This document shows, piece after piece, positions 1 through 14,889 of a stretch of 64,000 nt of DNA (within the stretch, counting starts at the first letter, position 1; the number at the start of each line of letters is the position of its first letter). The translations under genes were made by a program, and so were the position numbers. Origin of the DNA: Eledone cirrhosa. Taxonomy: Eukaryota. Where the stretch lies: NCBI GenBank assembly GCA_964016885.1, contig OZ024740.1:120342001-120406000 (forward strand). Direction: 5' to 3'. The notes beneath the pieces are model-generated. The model made no database searches and had not been told where the DNA came from. It saw only the letters and a program-made list of their open reading frames with translations.

Positions 1-223
1 GGAAATGTGATAAAAATAATGCTAGTGCACTTAGCAACACTAATGCAACAAAAAAAGTGACTAGCCACAACTTAGCCAACAGAAGGACCAGCTATTGAAG
101 TTAACATTATAGGGTCAAATAAATTACTATTACTGTAGCCTATTGCTTAGTGTAGAGTTTGATTGAAGAAAACTGCAGAAGTCTGTTGTGTGTGTATATA
201 TATAAGATTCAGATTCTTAGATT

Positions 224-492
224 CATTTTACGTCCGTTTTTCCCTGCTTGCAAGGGTGAGACGGGAACTGACTCTGGCTTGATTTCTACAGCTGGATGCC
301 CTTCCTAACACCAACCTCATTTACAGTGAGTGCTGGGTGCTTTTTTGCCATGGCACCTCCACGACCACTTTGCAGAGCAATGTGAAATAAAGTGTCTTGC
401 TCAAGGAAACAACACATCACCCGGTCTGAGAATTGAACTCACAACCTTTCGATTGAAAGGCCAATGCTCTAACCACTAAGCCATGTGCCTCC
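224..492 (-). mobile_element. tRNA-derived SINE, family A (RTE-type 3' tail), internally deleted
   Basis: Reverse complement matches the 6400-6748 copy: A-box TGGCTTAGTGG, B-box GAGTTCAATTC, RTE-like tail ...GGACGTAAAATG. A short tail-only fragment follows at about 510-568. Confidence 0.85.
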
Positions 493-635
493 ATATATAT
501 ATATATACACATCATCATCATCATCATCATTTTACGTCCGCTTTTCCCTGTTTGCAAGGGTGGGACGGATATATACATATATATACATATATATATATAC
601 ATATATATATATACATACATATGTATATATAATTT

Positions 636-787
636 TATTAAAACTAAATAGTGAGCTATGTTACTATGGAGTTTCACTTGCTTCTCAGTGTCATCAGGAC
701 TCAATATTTAATCCCAATAAAACGAATATTTAAATGCTATTTTGGTATTGAGTATTCTTTTCTCTCTTCCATCAACTACATACGTGT

Positions 788-790
<3 letters not shown>
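636..790. mobile_element. Penelope-like terminal relic with degenerate hammerhead motif (minus strand, 662-697)
   Basis: Minus strand reads CTGATGA-cactgagaagcaagt-GAAACtccataGTA, lying between (TA)n tracts. Stem I does not pair. Confidence 0.45.
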
Positions 791-851
<61 letters not shown>

Positions 852-1573
852 TTGAAAATATGTAACAAAGGAAGTTTTTGAAATCTGGTCTTCACATATT
901 TTCATTTAAGTATCTACTGCCGTTCTTGTACCAGCCACATGATACCATATCTATGATAAAAAATGTGTATGGTCGAGTGCTTTTGCTTATTGTATCACAG
1001 TCGTCTAATTGGAATGTCTCAATCACAAACCCAGCTGCTTATTAGTTAAAATATACATCATAATATATATGTATATGAGTCTGTGTGTGTGTGTTTATTT
1101 ATTTTTGTGCAAGTTTTCGATCAAGTATGTCTGTGTTTATGACCCATAAATTAGCAGTTTGACAAATGGAGATCAATAAAATGACTAACAGGCTAAAAAA
1201 CAGTGAAATTTTGTTTATGTTTAAAGCAGGAAGCAATATAGGAAAGGTTTTGAAAATTAAATAAATAAATATTGAAGAGTAGGTGTTAAAGGAACAAAAC
1301 GCCAAAGTCAGAGTATTTGGGTAAACTAAAGGAGAAAGAGAAAAAATAGAAAGAAAAGAAGGGGAAAATGAAGACAAGAAAAGGTACTATTGATTGAAAA
1401 AAATCAGCAGAGTGAACACCTTTTATTTCAGACAAGAGAGAGGTATTGAAAGTGAGGGAGAGAAAGAGATAGGGGGAGAAGGAAAGAGAGAGAAAATGCG
1501 GGGTAAAATTACACATATGTAGAAATATTTTTTGTCATATTTATCATATATGTGTGCATATATATATATATGA

Positions 1574-1772
1574 ATGAAAAGATTCAAGACCCCTACGGCT
1601 GAGCTTCAGCCATTTCGACAGCTAGATCCAAACAGTTCGGATCTAGCTGTCGAAAAAGTCTGAGCTCGGCCGTCGGGGTCCTGAATCTTTTCATATTACC
1701 CACCCTACTACCCCATGTATTTAGTACTCTGGTGCATTATGGTCCACCTGGTATTTTACCACACCCTCTTTG
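1574..1772. mobile_element. Fold-back element (imperfect ~56-bp arms, 1574-1694) plus unique tail; probable minimal Penelope-like end
   Basis: ATGAAAAGATTCA..TTTCGACAGCTAGATCC pairs with GGATCTAGCTGTCGAAA..TGAATCTTTTCAT. The centre carries a hammerhead 3' half, AAACAG-ttcggatctag-CTGTC. Flanked by (TA)n. Confidence 0.6.
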
Positions 1773-1795
1773 TTATATACATATATATATATTTC

Positions 1796-2160
1796 TAGAG
1801 AGAGAAAGAGAAAGAAAGAGAGAGAAAGAGAGAGAAAGAAAGAGAGAGAAAGAGAGAGAGAGAAAGAAAGAGAGAGAGAGTTCAGGAAATCACAAGACAA
1901 ACACAGAGATGCAAAAATACAGTCTTATTAGTATTATACTTAGGAGGAAGTAGAAGAGTGTTTGACATTTCACATGCATACACACACATATATACACACA
2001 TACACACACATATATACATACATATATATATATACACGTGTATAAGTTTGTATATTTATATATATATGTGTTTGTGTACATATATATACATATATATACA
2101 TATATATACACATATATTTATATACACACACACACATATATATATACACACACAAACACT
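1796..2160. repeat. (GA)/(GAAA)n and (TA)/(CA)n microsatellites
   Basis: Read directly from the sequence. Confidence 0.95.
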
Positions 2161-4679
2161 TTCAAGCATACACATTTTTGTACGTTTGTATGTGTGTATT
2201 GCTTTATTTATATAAACATACATACAAAAAGAAAGAAATGGATGGATGGATAGATAGATAGATTTGGGGAGAGAGAGAAAACTTTATATTTGTTTTAACT
2301 AACAAAAACAAAAATAAACATTCAACACTACTCTAGCTTAACTGGTGCGCATACAGTCTATTATTCTGTGCATTTCTTTTCATTTACTTTATACTATATT
2401 TCTCCAGATTTGGGGCTTTTTTTTTCATTTGTTGTGTTTTATGTCTTTTAAATTCTGATATTTTCTCTCAGGAAATGTGTATGTGTTGGTGAAAGCAGGA
2501 GAGTAAGGGAGGAGACAGAAAAGCTAAAATGTGGACAGTGGGAAGAAGGGAAAGCAAAATGAATGACAAAGCTGAAAGTAAGTATGGTTTTAGTGAGAGA
2601 AAAATCAATGTAATCCTTCAATATATTTGTGGCTGTCAGCTGCTTTCTGCAGAGACTTTTATGCTTCTTCTAATACTGCGTATGTATGTTGTAGCAATTT
2701 ATAGCTAACTACTTCCTTGGTAGCTTTCTGTTGTTGAAATGGTACCATTCTTTTGAAAAATCCTTCAGTCATATTCTGTTGATTCAATGTCACCATTACA
2801 GTAAATAATATGTAGTAAGAGAAAAAAATTAAATAGCTTTAAGCTTAACATTCCTAACAGGCATATTCAATCTTGTTTATATTTTTTGTTGTATTGTTTT
2901 GTATGTGTGTATCCAGTTTAGAATAAGTACACTTTATCCATGTATGATGTATGAAGTAACTAAAATGGTGGGTACCAGGAAGGATATCTGGCCCTAAAAT
3001 GATGAGTATGAAGCCTGTTTTGGTGCTTCTAATGCTAACCCTTGACGTAGCAAGGAAAACGGCGGTAATGTTACCTTTCCTAACAGGCACAATCAATCTT
3101 CTTTAACATTTTAACAGGGAAGTGGCAGGGAAATTATCCTGAAACACTTTTTGTGGTGTGATTCATCTTATTAAGCATCTCCAATCAGTCTGATACATGC
3201 ATGTAGACAAGCACTCAAACATTCAGAATGAACTGCTCACTGAAGATCACAAATGAATATAGTGAGCCATTGATTATTGGTTGAGTTCATAACTTCCCAT
3301 GGGTCTAGTGTAATTGATGCTGGAGTTAGATACTATGTATATTTAGACAAACTATATTCTCTATCTCTCTTCTCTCAGGTCAGTAGAATGAATCATCCAT
3401 TGATAGGCATCTATAATTAGAAATGTTTAAGTAATTGGTTTTGTCATATTTGTCAAATATTTTAGAAATGTGTGTGCATAAATATATAAGCATTTATATA
3501 ACCAAAATATGTATATAATTTAAAAATAACTTTCTTTCAGTTGACATATTTCTATTAAGAAAGCATTGAGCACACTGCCTAGATTTGCTCTTTTGTAGTG
3601 GTGAGTTTAAATCTTCCTGTGTGTATAGAAGAGCTGTATTAAATAAATTTTATCACCACTATGCCAAAATGTATTCAATATGACTAAATGCAGTACTAAC
3701 TGTCTACTCTCTAGGAAACACACTAGCCATATAAAGTTCTAGTCTTTCTTTATTTCAATCGCAGACAAAACTTAGTATAAGTACAAAACCTGGGAGAGTG
3801 TATTATTACTGAAAATCCTTACGGGGTCGATAAAATAAAGTACCAGTAATGCACAGGGTAATTGCTGGCCTTGTGCCAAATGTAGAAACAATTATTACTG
3901 AGAATTACACCTACATAGATATACAATTGCCTGGCTTGAAAAGTAATTATACACAAATTCAGATACCTGTGAATATAAACTCAAATATTTTTTATAAGCA
4001 AGTATGCAATTTTGAAACAAAAGGGACACTTTATTCTCAAATATATGACAGAATCATGCATTCACACACACACAACATTAGGCAAATCATTTTATCAAGT
4101 GATACTAATCTTATATTCTGTTTAAATAATGAGGTTTATTTTGAAACAAATGTCAAACAATTAAAACAATCAGTTTTCCTCTGTAAATATTTCTTTCTAA
4201 GCATTTTTCGACAACCATTTGAAATTTCAGAATGCCAAAAGGCAGAAGAGATTTTGTGATTTGGAAGACTTTCATTTGATATTTTGAATGCAACATTATA
4301 TGAAAACTAAAAAAAAAGTTAAAAATCTCTAATACACACACATTCAACCAAAATGATAAACAAAAGAACTAATATGACATTTGATTTTAATCTAGCTACA
4401 AGTTAGAATCCTAGCTACAAGGAAAATGTGGGCCTTTTTTCAATACTGCTGTGGAAACAATATAGTACTTTTTCATGCTCTTTGAAACTCATTTCCAATT
4501 TTAAGGGATTTTAGTTTATTCTGTATTATGCTTCTATAAGTGAATACAATTATAGGACATTAACAGGGTATGTGTGTTTCCATATGCATTCAAGTATGAA
4601 TGTGTGTTTTTCGAAAATGCAGATAAAATGAGTAATGTTCGTTCATATTAAAACAATTTTACAGTTTGCCATAAGATGT

Positions 4680-6078
4680 AGCATGCAGGAGAAAAGGTTG
4701 CACTTGTATTGACATGTAATGAATATAGATGATCATTAGATCAAAAAGTGCCAGAAATTCCAAATGAAAGGGAGCCATAGAAGAAGAAAACCATGAACAG
4801 TATGGACAGATGTAGTTAAAGTTGACACCAAGACACCAAACCTCACAAAGGAGATGATAAAGGAAGGAAACAATTTAAAAGATGTACTGGTGAGCTTCCT
4901 TGACCCATGTAAGCATAGAAATCAGACATAAAACAATGATGATGGTGATGGTGGTGATGAATAGTTATAAAAATAAACACAAAGAACAACCTCATCAGGC
5001 AAATAAGCATTACTTAAAAATATCAGATTCATTCTTAAACATGCAAAACATTTATCCAAAGGATCAGGGGTGTTAAGAGTTTCAGATTACAAGACAGTGT
5101 GTTCAATATAATTGGATTGTTACTGAAAAGTATCTTTGAAAAGATAGTGACATACTTGCCTATACTTATGCTAAAATATGAAGATGCACGGAAGTGCTAG
5201 TATGAGAAATTGTTGAATGAGGCAAGGGCTTACGTCAATCAGGCTCCACAGAGGAACTAGCTATCAATGGTGATAGTAGTATGGTAGATAAAGTGATTAA
5301 GGATTAAAAGTAGGAAAATTAGTTGAGCTATCAGATATAGTTCTTGTGATACTAAACATATCTGGCATGATAGGTCAGGCAAAAGTTACCTCTATTTGCA
5401 ATCAGGTAGGGCAGGATGACATGACACCTAATGACTAGCATAAAAGCGTGTACTGCTAGAAGGGAAAAGAAATGTAATTTCAAGGGCATCAAGCTGCTGG
5501 ACCAGGTCTTAAATGAATTAAAGTGTTGCTGATTAGAAACAGAAAGACAGAGAAAGGTAATGTCAATGCCATTTTCCTGGTGTGATATATACAGAAGTGA
5601 ATAGCAAGAAGTAGGACCTTATACTTAGCCTTAGTTAATCTGGAATAGGCCTTTGACAAATTTCAATGCTCTGTAATCTAGTGGGTACTGAGGAATCTAA
5701 AGAGCTAAACAGCCTATAAAGTGACAATGCAGAGTAGTGAGTACACTTTTGACATATGATATAAAGTAACCTTATCAGTGTTGCTGCAATGATAAATTAG
5801 ACACAGTGTGTTCTGTAAAGTAGTTAAGAATGCAGCAGGGAGAATGTAGGGTCAATATAACTCATTAGTCCTGCTGTGTATATCACAACCTATTGAGTAC
5901 TGATGTCAAGCTAAAGTAATGCATTACACTCCATAAAGTTTCATAGAAATCAGGCCAAAAAGGGAATTTACAAACAAGACATGGTCCTTAGAAGCATTTA
6001 ATAGGGCCATAATTCTGAATAACAACTGACAGTTAAACCCATGCCAGCATAGAAGTAGATATAAAATGATGATGATGA
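4680..6078 (+). mobile_element. Old, highly degenerate RTE LINE fragments
   Basis: Remnants of NFKGIKLLDQV and LYLALVNLE*AFD motifs (5470-5660), and an RTE 3' end with (GAT)n at about 6035-6078. Confidence 0.55.
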
Positions 6079-6399
6079 AGTCATATTTTCAAATTGTTCT
6101 ATTCAGTAAAACTCTTCACAGATGTAGAAATTTTCAGAAGCACACAACATATGTGATATGGTAAAATAGATAGTTATATGCACCTAAGATAATATTTTTA
6201 GAAATTGTTATATGAAGATAACAAAGCACATATTTAGGTAACTGGATTATTAATCGGTTTATAATAATTATCAATCATTTGTAGGTTTTCAAAATTCAGT
6301 TCTGTTGATGCAAATTTTATGCACCCCAGGTTATTATATCTGAAGACATAGAATGTCTTATTCGTGAAGATATATTACATGAAATAATTTTCAAAGATA

Positions 6400-6748
6400 G
6401 GTACATGGCTTAGTGGTTAGAGCATTGGCCTTGCAATCAAAAGGTTGTGAGTTCAATTCTCAGACCGGGTGATGTGTTGTTTCCTTGAGCAAGACACTTT
6501 ATTTTCACATTGCTCCAGTTTACTCAGCTGTAGAAATGAGATGATAGGGACAGGGGTCCCTATCATTCCACTGCAAAGTGGCCGTGGAGGTGCCACAGCA
6601 AAAAAGCACCCAGCACTCACTGTAAATGAGGTTGGTGTTAGGAAGGGCATCCAGCTGTAGAAAGCAAGCCAGAATCAGTTCCCGTCCCACCCTTGCAAGC
6701 AGGGAAAAGCGGACGTAAAATGATGATGATGATGATGATGATGATGAT
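6400..6748 (+). mobile_element. tRNA-derived SINE, family A, full length
   Basis: Pol III A and B boxes, central body, 3' tail homologous to the RTE 3' UTR at 27617-27887, (GAT)n end. Confidence 0.9.
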
Positions 6749-7854
6749 AGTACATATTATCATATTTCAAGAGGTATTTGTTTCTTTCATAACTAGAGAT
6801 TTGTAATGTATAATTATCTAGTATTCACAAGCAAGGTTTCAAATCACTTTAGAATAAATATATTTATGATATATTGCATAGGCAATGACCACAAAATCAA
6901 TGGTATAAAAAGAAGTAAATCAACATATCTAACACAGCATCCTATATTCCAAATATGGTGCCATTCACGTAGTTTGAATGAGAAAATAAATGAGAAAAAT
7001 GAAAACATTTTAAAAGGAAATATCAATTAGAAATCTGTTTAAATCTAATGCAGATTAGTTTTCAACTGAGAAGGAAAATAAAGAAATATGGAAATAACAG
7101 CAGATATTTCTGAAGATTATTCAAAATATGATGCCTAAGAACAGATTTTCTCTTCAGACTTTTGATATCTAAAATGAAATTAAATATGAAATTAAAAATA
7201 AAATAAAATATAATACAGGCATTTGATACAGATAAAGTATCTTATTTACATTATATTCATTTTAATACGTAGATATCTGTTATTTATTTTTTTTTTTTTT
7301 AAATCCATTCCAATGAATTACATAAACATTACATTTGATTGTCAAATACAAATGGTATGAAAGTTGACTGAATAATATATGGAGAAATACTAAGAATAAA
7401 AAGAAAATGAATTATTAAGTTTTAAGCTATCAACTGGTTAGTTCAAGTGAAGTAGCAGCACACTGTTGGACCGAGTGAACAATATAAATTTTTCAACTAG
7501 AATAGAAAGGGAATTAATTAGTTCTTGTGGAAAACTTTAATAGAAAGAAGCAAAAGGTTTTCATTCCACTTTAATACACAGCTGAACAAAACTATTTTAT
7601 TCTTTCTGAAATCTGATATGAAAACAATATACGTATATATAAATATATTAGCAGAGATAATGGATGTTAAATGAAGATGATGATGATGATATCTGTGTTT
7701 TTGCATTTGTATTTGTGTATCCATACATAAGCAGTAAGCAGCAAGTGTTCACATAATAGACACTATCAAACGCTTAGATGGTACTCTAGAAGTGGTTGAC
7801 AGCTTTTCCTATCTAGATGACTTAATTAACAGTGAGTGTACAATATCTAGAATG

Positions 7855-8240
7855 AGAATTGCATAAAGTTCAGGAAGCTATTACTATTGCTGTTTACAAA
7901 GGGAGTCTCCCTCAGGATGAAAGGTAGATTGTATGCTACCTGTGTGAGGCCTATGATGCTGCATGAAAGTGAGACTTGGATCTTGAAAACAGAAGATATG
8001 CGATGACTGGAAAGGAATGAAGTGAGAATGCTCTGATGGATGTGTAATAGTAGTGTCCATGGATGATGAATCCTGAATAATCTAAAAGAAAATCTAAGCA
8101 TAAAAGGGATTAGAGGCAGTGTACAAAAGAAGAGCCTTTTATGGTATATATACATATGGTGTATATGGAGGTGAACAGCTGCATAATGAAGTGTAGGGCA
8201 CTCAAAGTTGATAGAAAATGTGGAAGATGTAGACTAAGGG
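7855..8240 (+). mobile_element. Degenerate RTE LINE C-terminal fragment
   Basis: Encodes KFRKLLLLLFTKGVSLRMKGRLYATCVRPMMLHESETW, homologous to the RTE copies downstream. Confidence 0.75.
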
Positions 8241-11200
8241 TAAATAAAGGGTAAATCAGTGGTATCAATCACATGGTTGTGAATTAAATATCTTCACCAC
8301 ACAACAAGAGAGGGGCAGTACAATTAGTAACAACTAATGCTTCAACTAGTATGACTAGATACTGTATTGATTTAACCAGTTGTAACTATAAAACCATAAA
8401 ATATATTGTATCTGGTTTAAATTCAGATATGTTTTTTGTATTCCTTTCAGCACTTTTTATTGTTCTGATATTAATTTGCATTCTTTTATACCAAACCCAT
8501 GCATTTTAATATTCAGTAAATTAATATTTTATTGTAAATGGTTTTCGAGAAATTTAATTTTAACATACATACACACATATATATACATAACACTGATAAA
8601 TAGTGAGAGAGAAAGAGTGTGTGTATTCCTGTAGTATGTATAAAGGGTGTGGGTATGAGAGAGAGAGTGTGTTCATAAGAAAAAAGAGACTGAGTATATG
8701 TCAAGGTGACAAAAGATATGTTGAGTAAGTATCTTGGGTTGACCTAAGCCATGTATGTGAAATCGGGTAGGTGTAAACAATGTGGAAGTCTGTCAAATTC
8801 ACTGTGTAATTCAAAGATTCAGTCTCGTCATGTATGCTGATTCAATTAAATGTACACACGTTTGAAAAATATTGAATCACTTACATATTAGTAATTCACA
8901 AGTTGGATATTCAGTTGATCAAAACTGATTGATCTTCATTGAAACTGACATAAAATCCATCATTAGATGAAAAAAGGAGAAAGAATGTGTATGAAAGATG
9001 GTATATGTGTTCATGTGTGAGAATGTTTGGTCAAAAGATTATGCATGAGAAATAAAGAAGGTTTGAATATAAAAAAGAGAAAATGTTAACATTGTTTATA
9101 TGAGTGTAATTGCAAGTGAGAAATAGTACATTTGCATTAGAGTGAACATAAAAGAGTGTGTAAACAAGATGACACATTAGCTTATAAACATGAGGCAATA
9201 TAATTTTGAATATGCAAATGTATGTATGGGTGTCTGAAAGAAAGAATGTGCATATTTGTGCTTCACATGTGTGTGTGCATGTGTGAAAGATTTTGCTAAA
9301 CATTCGTTATGGAAATTCTAAAAGGTGATTAAAGGTCAAACATTTTAGCAAATTTATTTTTAGGAAATTACAAGACTAACATATTTCCTTGTTCTTTTGG
9401 TTCACAAAAGCTAGCAATCTTTTGTTTCTTATGAAGCAAATGAAGTAATTTTATAAAGTTTTCTAAATATTTTGAAAACAGGATGTATGAGGAATTCCAC
9501 CTTATTATAATTTCCAATCTCAAAGTTAATCAGTTTTCCATACTGTAGTATATGTGAGTGTAGTGGATGATTTCAAATAGTCATGCAAAAGCTGTTAAAT
9601 AACAGTTTACGGTGGGATATCCTAAACTACACTAACCATGTAACTGTCAAGCTGATGAAGAGGTGTCTACAACTTCTCTGAATCTACCACAAATATCAGT
9701 TAATTATCCCTCAAATCCCCATGCCATCATTAATTTGGAAAGGTCACATTGTATAATGTAATCTTTGACATATCCCTAAAATAACAAGATGATCAAGGCT
9801 GATTCTGCTGATAGTAACATGAAAGCTTGTGATGATTTTGTATCACTATTATCAAGACATTGTATGAACACAAAAATTATTGATTCAGAAGTTATTCTTA
9901 ATACCAAATGAAAATGCAGAATACATAATACATAAATAACAATCATACACGAAACCAATCATTCTTTCATGTAAATAATCAAATATGTAAAGAATGCAGC
10001 AAATCAAATTCAATTAATCTATATATAACTTTGAGCAACTTCTGTCTGTTCATCAATCACACAATGTGTGTGTGTTTGTGTGAAAGTATGTGTCAATGGA
10101 AGGAAGGGGAGGCTGAAAAAACTTTAGCAAAACAGCGCCTGGCGTTCCATTTGCTACATCGTGTGAGTGTATGTGTATGTTTGTGTGAATGTATGTGTAT
10201 GTGTGTGAATGTATGGTTCAGTGTGTATTTTTGTAAGTGTGTCTGCGTTTGCATGTTTACATTTATATACTTATACATATACTTGAGTGAGATTAGATGA
10301 TTTTGAAATTCCCTCACTGATGATCCGTTTCAAAATATCTAATTTCGCTGTTATTTTGTGAAATGTATTCTGATTTTGTGGAGAAAATATACGAGGGAAA
10401 TATTTTGATTGTTATCAGGTTTTTTGTTTTAAAATGTTTTATTAAATTTAATAAGATACTCAACAAATTACTTTCAATGTAGATTGTCTCTAGTTCTATA
10501 TTTTGATATGTCTTAGTGCACACTTATGTGTGTATGAATATATTTCAATCCCTTTCTTATAATGATTAAGGCTCGATTTTATTCTCTGTATTCTATCTTG
10601 AGCTGTTTTTAGAAACAAGACATGTTTGATTTTGAAAGTAATAATAATAATATACTTATACATATAAATGTATATAAGTATATACATATAAATGCACAAA
10701 CGTCAGCGTGTTGAAAACATCCTAGTTAATTAAGATGTTTTAGAGATATACTAAACTTATCACTTATATCATTATGAAGATAGTTTCTATATATAATTAT
10801 GCAGATATTATTCCAGGTTCCAACCGTTGTAGTAAACTTTTATGACATGCAAGGGTAGGGTGTATCTATTCTAAATAATATATACACTATATCGAATAAA
10901 GAATGTGACATAAAATATATGAAACAAAGAAACTCAAGAAAGAAAATAAAGATAATTGTTGAAAAAATTAAATAACAAATGAAAAAACGAAGAGTGAGCT
11001 ATTTAGAATGGAAGCTGACCATCCATATAATACCCTACTAAAACAAATATTTGGAAAACTAGTGAAAGCAAACCAATTGACAAGTAGTTAGGAACATAAC
11101 AACTCTATAATTCTCTGAATATACACATCAGTATACAGTGAAAATAAATTGAAATTCTTAATTCAATTTGTTCAGGTTTCTAAACTTTCAGCAATTGGTC

Positions 11201-11589
11201 ATTCATCTTAAAATGTTCTTTGTGCCACGTTGACTTGAAACCTGACACAGAACAACATTCTTTTCAAAAGCAATGATAATAGACACTTAAAGAACAATAG
11301 TAATGTGCACTATAGAAACACAAACATTCCTGTTTATTATAATTACCAATCCACAATGAGTCTGTTAGATAAACATATACATGAAAACAGGTATATTCTC
11401 TCCTGCAGTCTTTTAAATACAACTTGAGATATATGTTTATATAAACAAATTCACATACACTCATACACATATATATAATTATCATCATCATTACCATCAC
11501 CATCCTCATCATCTTACTATTAAATTTAATATTCAGTGGTTTTAGTAATCAAAGAAACCATCTCATCACCTTCATCAATAATAATAATA

Positions 11590-11780
11590 ATAATTGTTTC
11601 TACGTTTGGCACAAGGCCAGCGAATATCCAGTGCATTACTGGTACTTTATTTTATTGACCCTGTAAGGATGAAAGGCAAAGTTAACCTCGGCGGGATTTG
11701 AACTCAGAATGGCAAGGGCCGTAACTCTATACATCAAAGCATGGCGTCCGAGCCTCTACCGATACTGCCAATCCACTGCC

Positions 11781-11813
<33 letters not shown>

Positions 11814-11999
11814 TGTTTCTACGTTAGGCACAAGGCCAGCAATTACCCAGCGCATTACTGGTACTTTATTTTATCGACCCCGTAAGGATGAAAGGCAAAG
11901 TTAACCTCGGCGGGATTTGAACTCAGAATGGCAAGGGCCATAACTCTATACGTCAAAGCATGGCTTCGGACCCTCTCCCAATACTGCCAATCCACCGCC
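11590..11999 (-). mobile_element. Two tandem tRNA-derived SINEs, family B (11590-11780 and 11811-11999)
   Basis: Two ~190-bp units with B-box GAGTTCAAATCC and conserved core GCCTTTCATCCTTAC.GGGTC.ATAAAATAAAGTACCAG, separated and flanked by (AAT)n. Confidence 0.85.
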
Positions 12000-13433
12000 T
12001 AATAATAATAATAATAATGATTAATGATTAATATTACCCCTATTGCTATTATTATTCACATATATTTACATGTATACACAATTAATTAGTGTATGTGCTA
12101 ATTAATCAATAATAATCCATACCTGCCTTCTATTATTATTATTTTTATTATTATTAAAGTTGCATGCTACTCGTTTTTGGTTAATTCTGTGCCTTATTAA
12201 TTCATCAGAATCTAAGGGCAATTTTTCATTTCAGTAAATCAAATTAGTCTAGAAATATTTAATTTACAATTAATTATATTGCCCCCCCCCCCCTCTCTCT
12301 CTCTCTCTCTCACACACACAAACATAAACAACCACACTCCCTAACTCTTTTTCAAATAATAACTGAAAGTTTACTGTAAATTTTTGAATTTATTCAGTTA
12401 GCGTTTGTCAAAAAAGAAGCCTTGTTGTGAGCATACAAATAACAATTGTTGCTATAATATTTGGTGCAGTAGCTAAATAACGAAGTAGTGAGATTAATGG
12501 ACCAAAACTATGACTTAAAATACATTACTTCTTACTTACTTAGACAGTTCACGTTCAAGTTTAGCAGGCCTCCCACAAGTCTGCATCTCATAGGACATTT
12601 CTTTATGTGTTTTATTGAGAGGAACTCCACTTCTATGATGGAAAGCAAAGTGAACTGAAGTAACTTGCTCAAAACACAATATGTCACTGGTCCAGAATTC
12701 AACATTCCAGCCCCTAGGCCATGCACTTTTACTAAAGTACATTGTATGTAAAAAGTAAAAGACATTAAAATGCATTGTGTATAAGCAAGAACATGTTTCA
12801 ATCATGTTAATAGTTGGTACATAAATAGTACACATTACTATAAACAGAGAGAGAGTTCTTGTACTTTTAAAATAGTGGAATTGCTGGATAGTGATGAAAC
12901 ACATTATTTATGATGCCATGTCACATACATTGAGAACCTGAAGCAAGGTACTAGTCTGGAATCTATCCAGTACCTGAAGATGGACAGTACCAATGATGGA
13001 CAGAGAAGTGGGGAAAAGGGAATTTGTTGTGTTAGCCTGAGCAAGAATCTGGCTTTAACAATTAATTATTAATTTATGAAAGAAAATGATAAACCTGTGC
13101 CTTTAAGAAATATTGTCATAAAAATAGTTAAGCATCATTGTAGGGGAGGGGGGTGACTAATATTGTCTGAGGTTGAAATATAAATGAAGATATATATAGA
13201 AATATTACTTGAAGATAATTTGTGGAGGAAGAAATTGAAATATCCCAATTTCATTGATATACAATAAATTATTATGGTAGCACCCACTCTGTTACCTTTA
13301 ATAGAGGAAATAGGGTTAGAGGTAAAGAGAAAAAAAATAGAAATATATTAAAGGTCTTAAATATGTTTTATATGTGGATGCAAACACTCACACAATCCTG
13401 TTTGTATAAATGTGCGTGTCTATATATATGTGT

Positions 13434-13477
<44 letters not shown>

Positions 13478-13974
13478 AGTGTAATTTTCTACACAAAGCG
13501 AAGGTTATAGAGAAAATTGAGGTTGGTAATGGCACATGGAATATATAAGAGACAGAATACTTTTTTGTGAAAAAACATAATTTTATAAGGTAAGGAAATA
13601 ATAAAGGGTATAAAAAATGACCGGTTTCGATGGGTCTGCAAAAGCCATCTTTTCAAATGTTGATTAATATTAAGAAAAATTAATAATACGAAGAGTTAAA
13701 ATTTGAGACTTGAAAATTCAAGTATAAAATTCATTGTGGGATTTCATAGCAGTTTTCATCTTGGTAGCAACAACAGGTTGACTGCTGTGTCCCTTTCTGG
13801 TAGTGAATGAGAAGTTATTTGGGGTGTGGGTTATTTTATAAAGGTCAGATTTAGCAATCACCAACTGGCCAGCTGCTGGTCAGTGAGGGGGTGGAAGCAA
13901 TATACATACACATATCTTCCTGTGATGGGTAGGAGAGTGGAGCGTGATAGAAAGGGATTTAGTGCACTTACACC

Positions 13975-14115
13975 TATATATACACACATACCTTCATCCA
14001 CACATACATACATATACATATACATATATATATATATATACATATACACACATACATACACACACACATACATATACATACACACATACACACACACACA
14101 TATATATATACACAT

Positions 14116-14168
<53 letters not shown>

Positions 14169-14207
14169 TATATATACATACACATACATCCAGATACACA
14201 CATACAT

Positions 14208-14276
<69 letters not shown>

Positions 14277-14605
14277 CACACACACACCCACACATACATA
14301 CACACACACACACATATATATATACATACACACATACAAACATACACACACACACACACATATATATACACACACATACACACACATATATATACACACA
14401 CACACACACACGCATATATATATATATACACATACGCATACATCCAGATACCCACATACATACACACACACACACACATGCACACACAATACATACATCC
14501 ACATGCACACACATACACACACACACATATACACATACATACACCCACACACAGAGAAATGGCCTTCAAATATATATATATATATATACATACAGACACA
14601 TATAT
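13975..14605. repeat. Compound (CA)/(TA)n microsatellite, ~630 bp
   Basis: Read directly. It explains the His/Thr/Tyr/Ile and Cys/Val/Tyr ORFs in this region. Confidence 0.95.
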
Positions 14606-14889
14606 TTTTTCCATAATATAAGAAGTTGGGGCAGTGAAATTAAAATACAAGTCATTCTGATCACATTGAGTTCTTCATGTAGATTGGGCCCCGCAACCGA
14701 CAGTGGTGAATTCTGTGTGCGCATATATATATATAGATATATGTGTGTGCACGTGAAGGGTTTAACATGGATGTGTTGGTCACACAAAGGCATGGTCTGT
14801 CAATGAATAAACCTGATTCTACAGAATTGGTCTCTGGTCTTTAATAGTAGTGATTCCGTGCGTATGTGTGTTTATATTTTATGACAATT

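Noticed and set aside
2630-3000. Possible decayed minus-strand Penelope endonuclease (MTEGFFKR)
   Set aside because: Only a few residues of similarity; needs an HMM search.
3541-3600. Plus-strand 60-nt exon-like segment (tttctttcag ... gtgagt)
   Set aside because: Stops in all three frames and no partner exon; at most a non-coding exon.
6400-6470. tRNA-like sequences at SINE heads (also 420-492 and 33801-33875)
   Set aside because: They have A and B boxes but no complete cloverleaf, and run into the SINE body.
13826-14806. Long ORFs of 200-326 aa rich in H/T/Y/I or C/V/Y (also near 1890-2253, 49400-50007 and 57777-58173)
   Set aside because: Translations of (CA)/(TA)n microsatellites, which lack stop codons.
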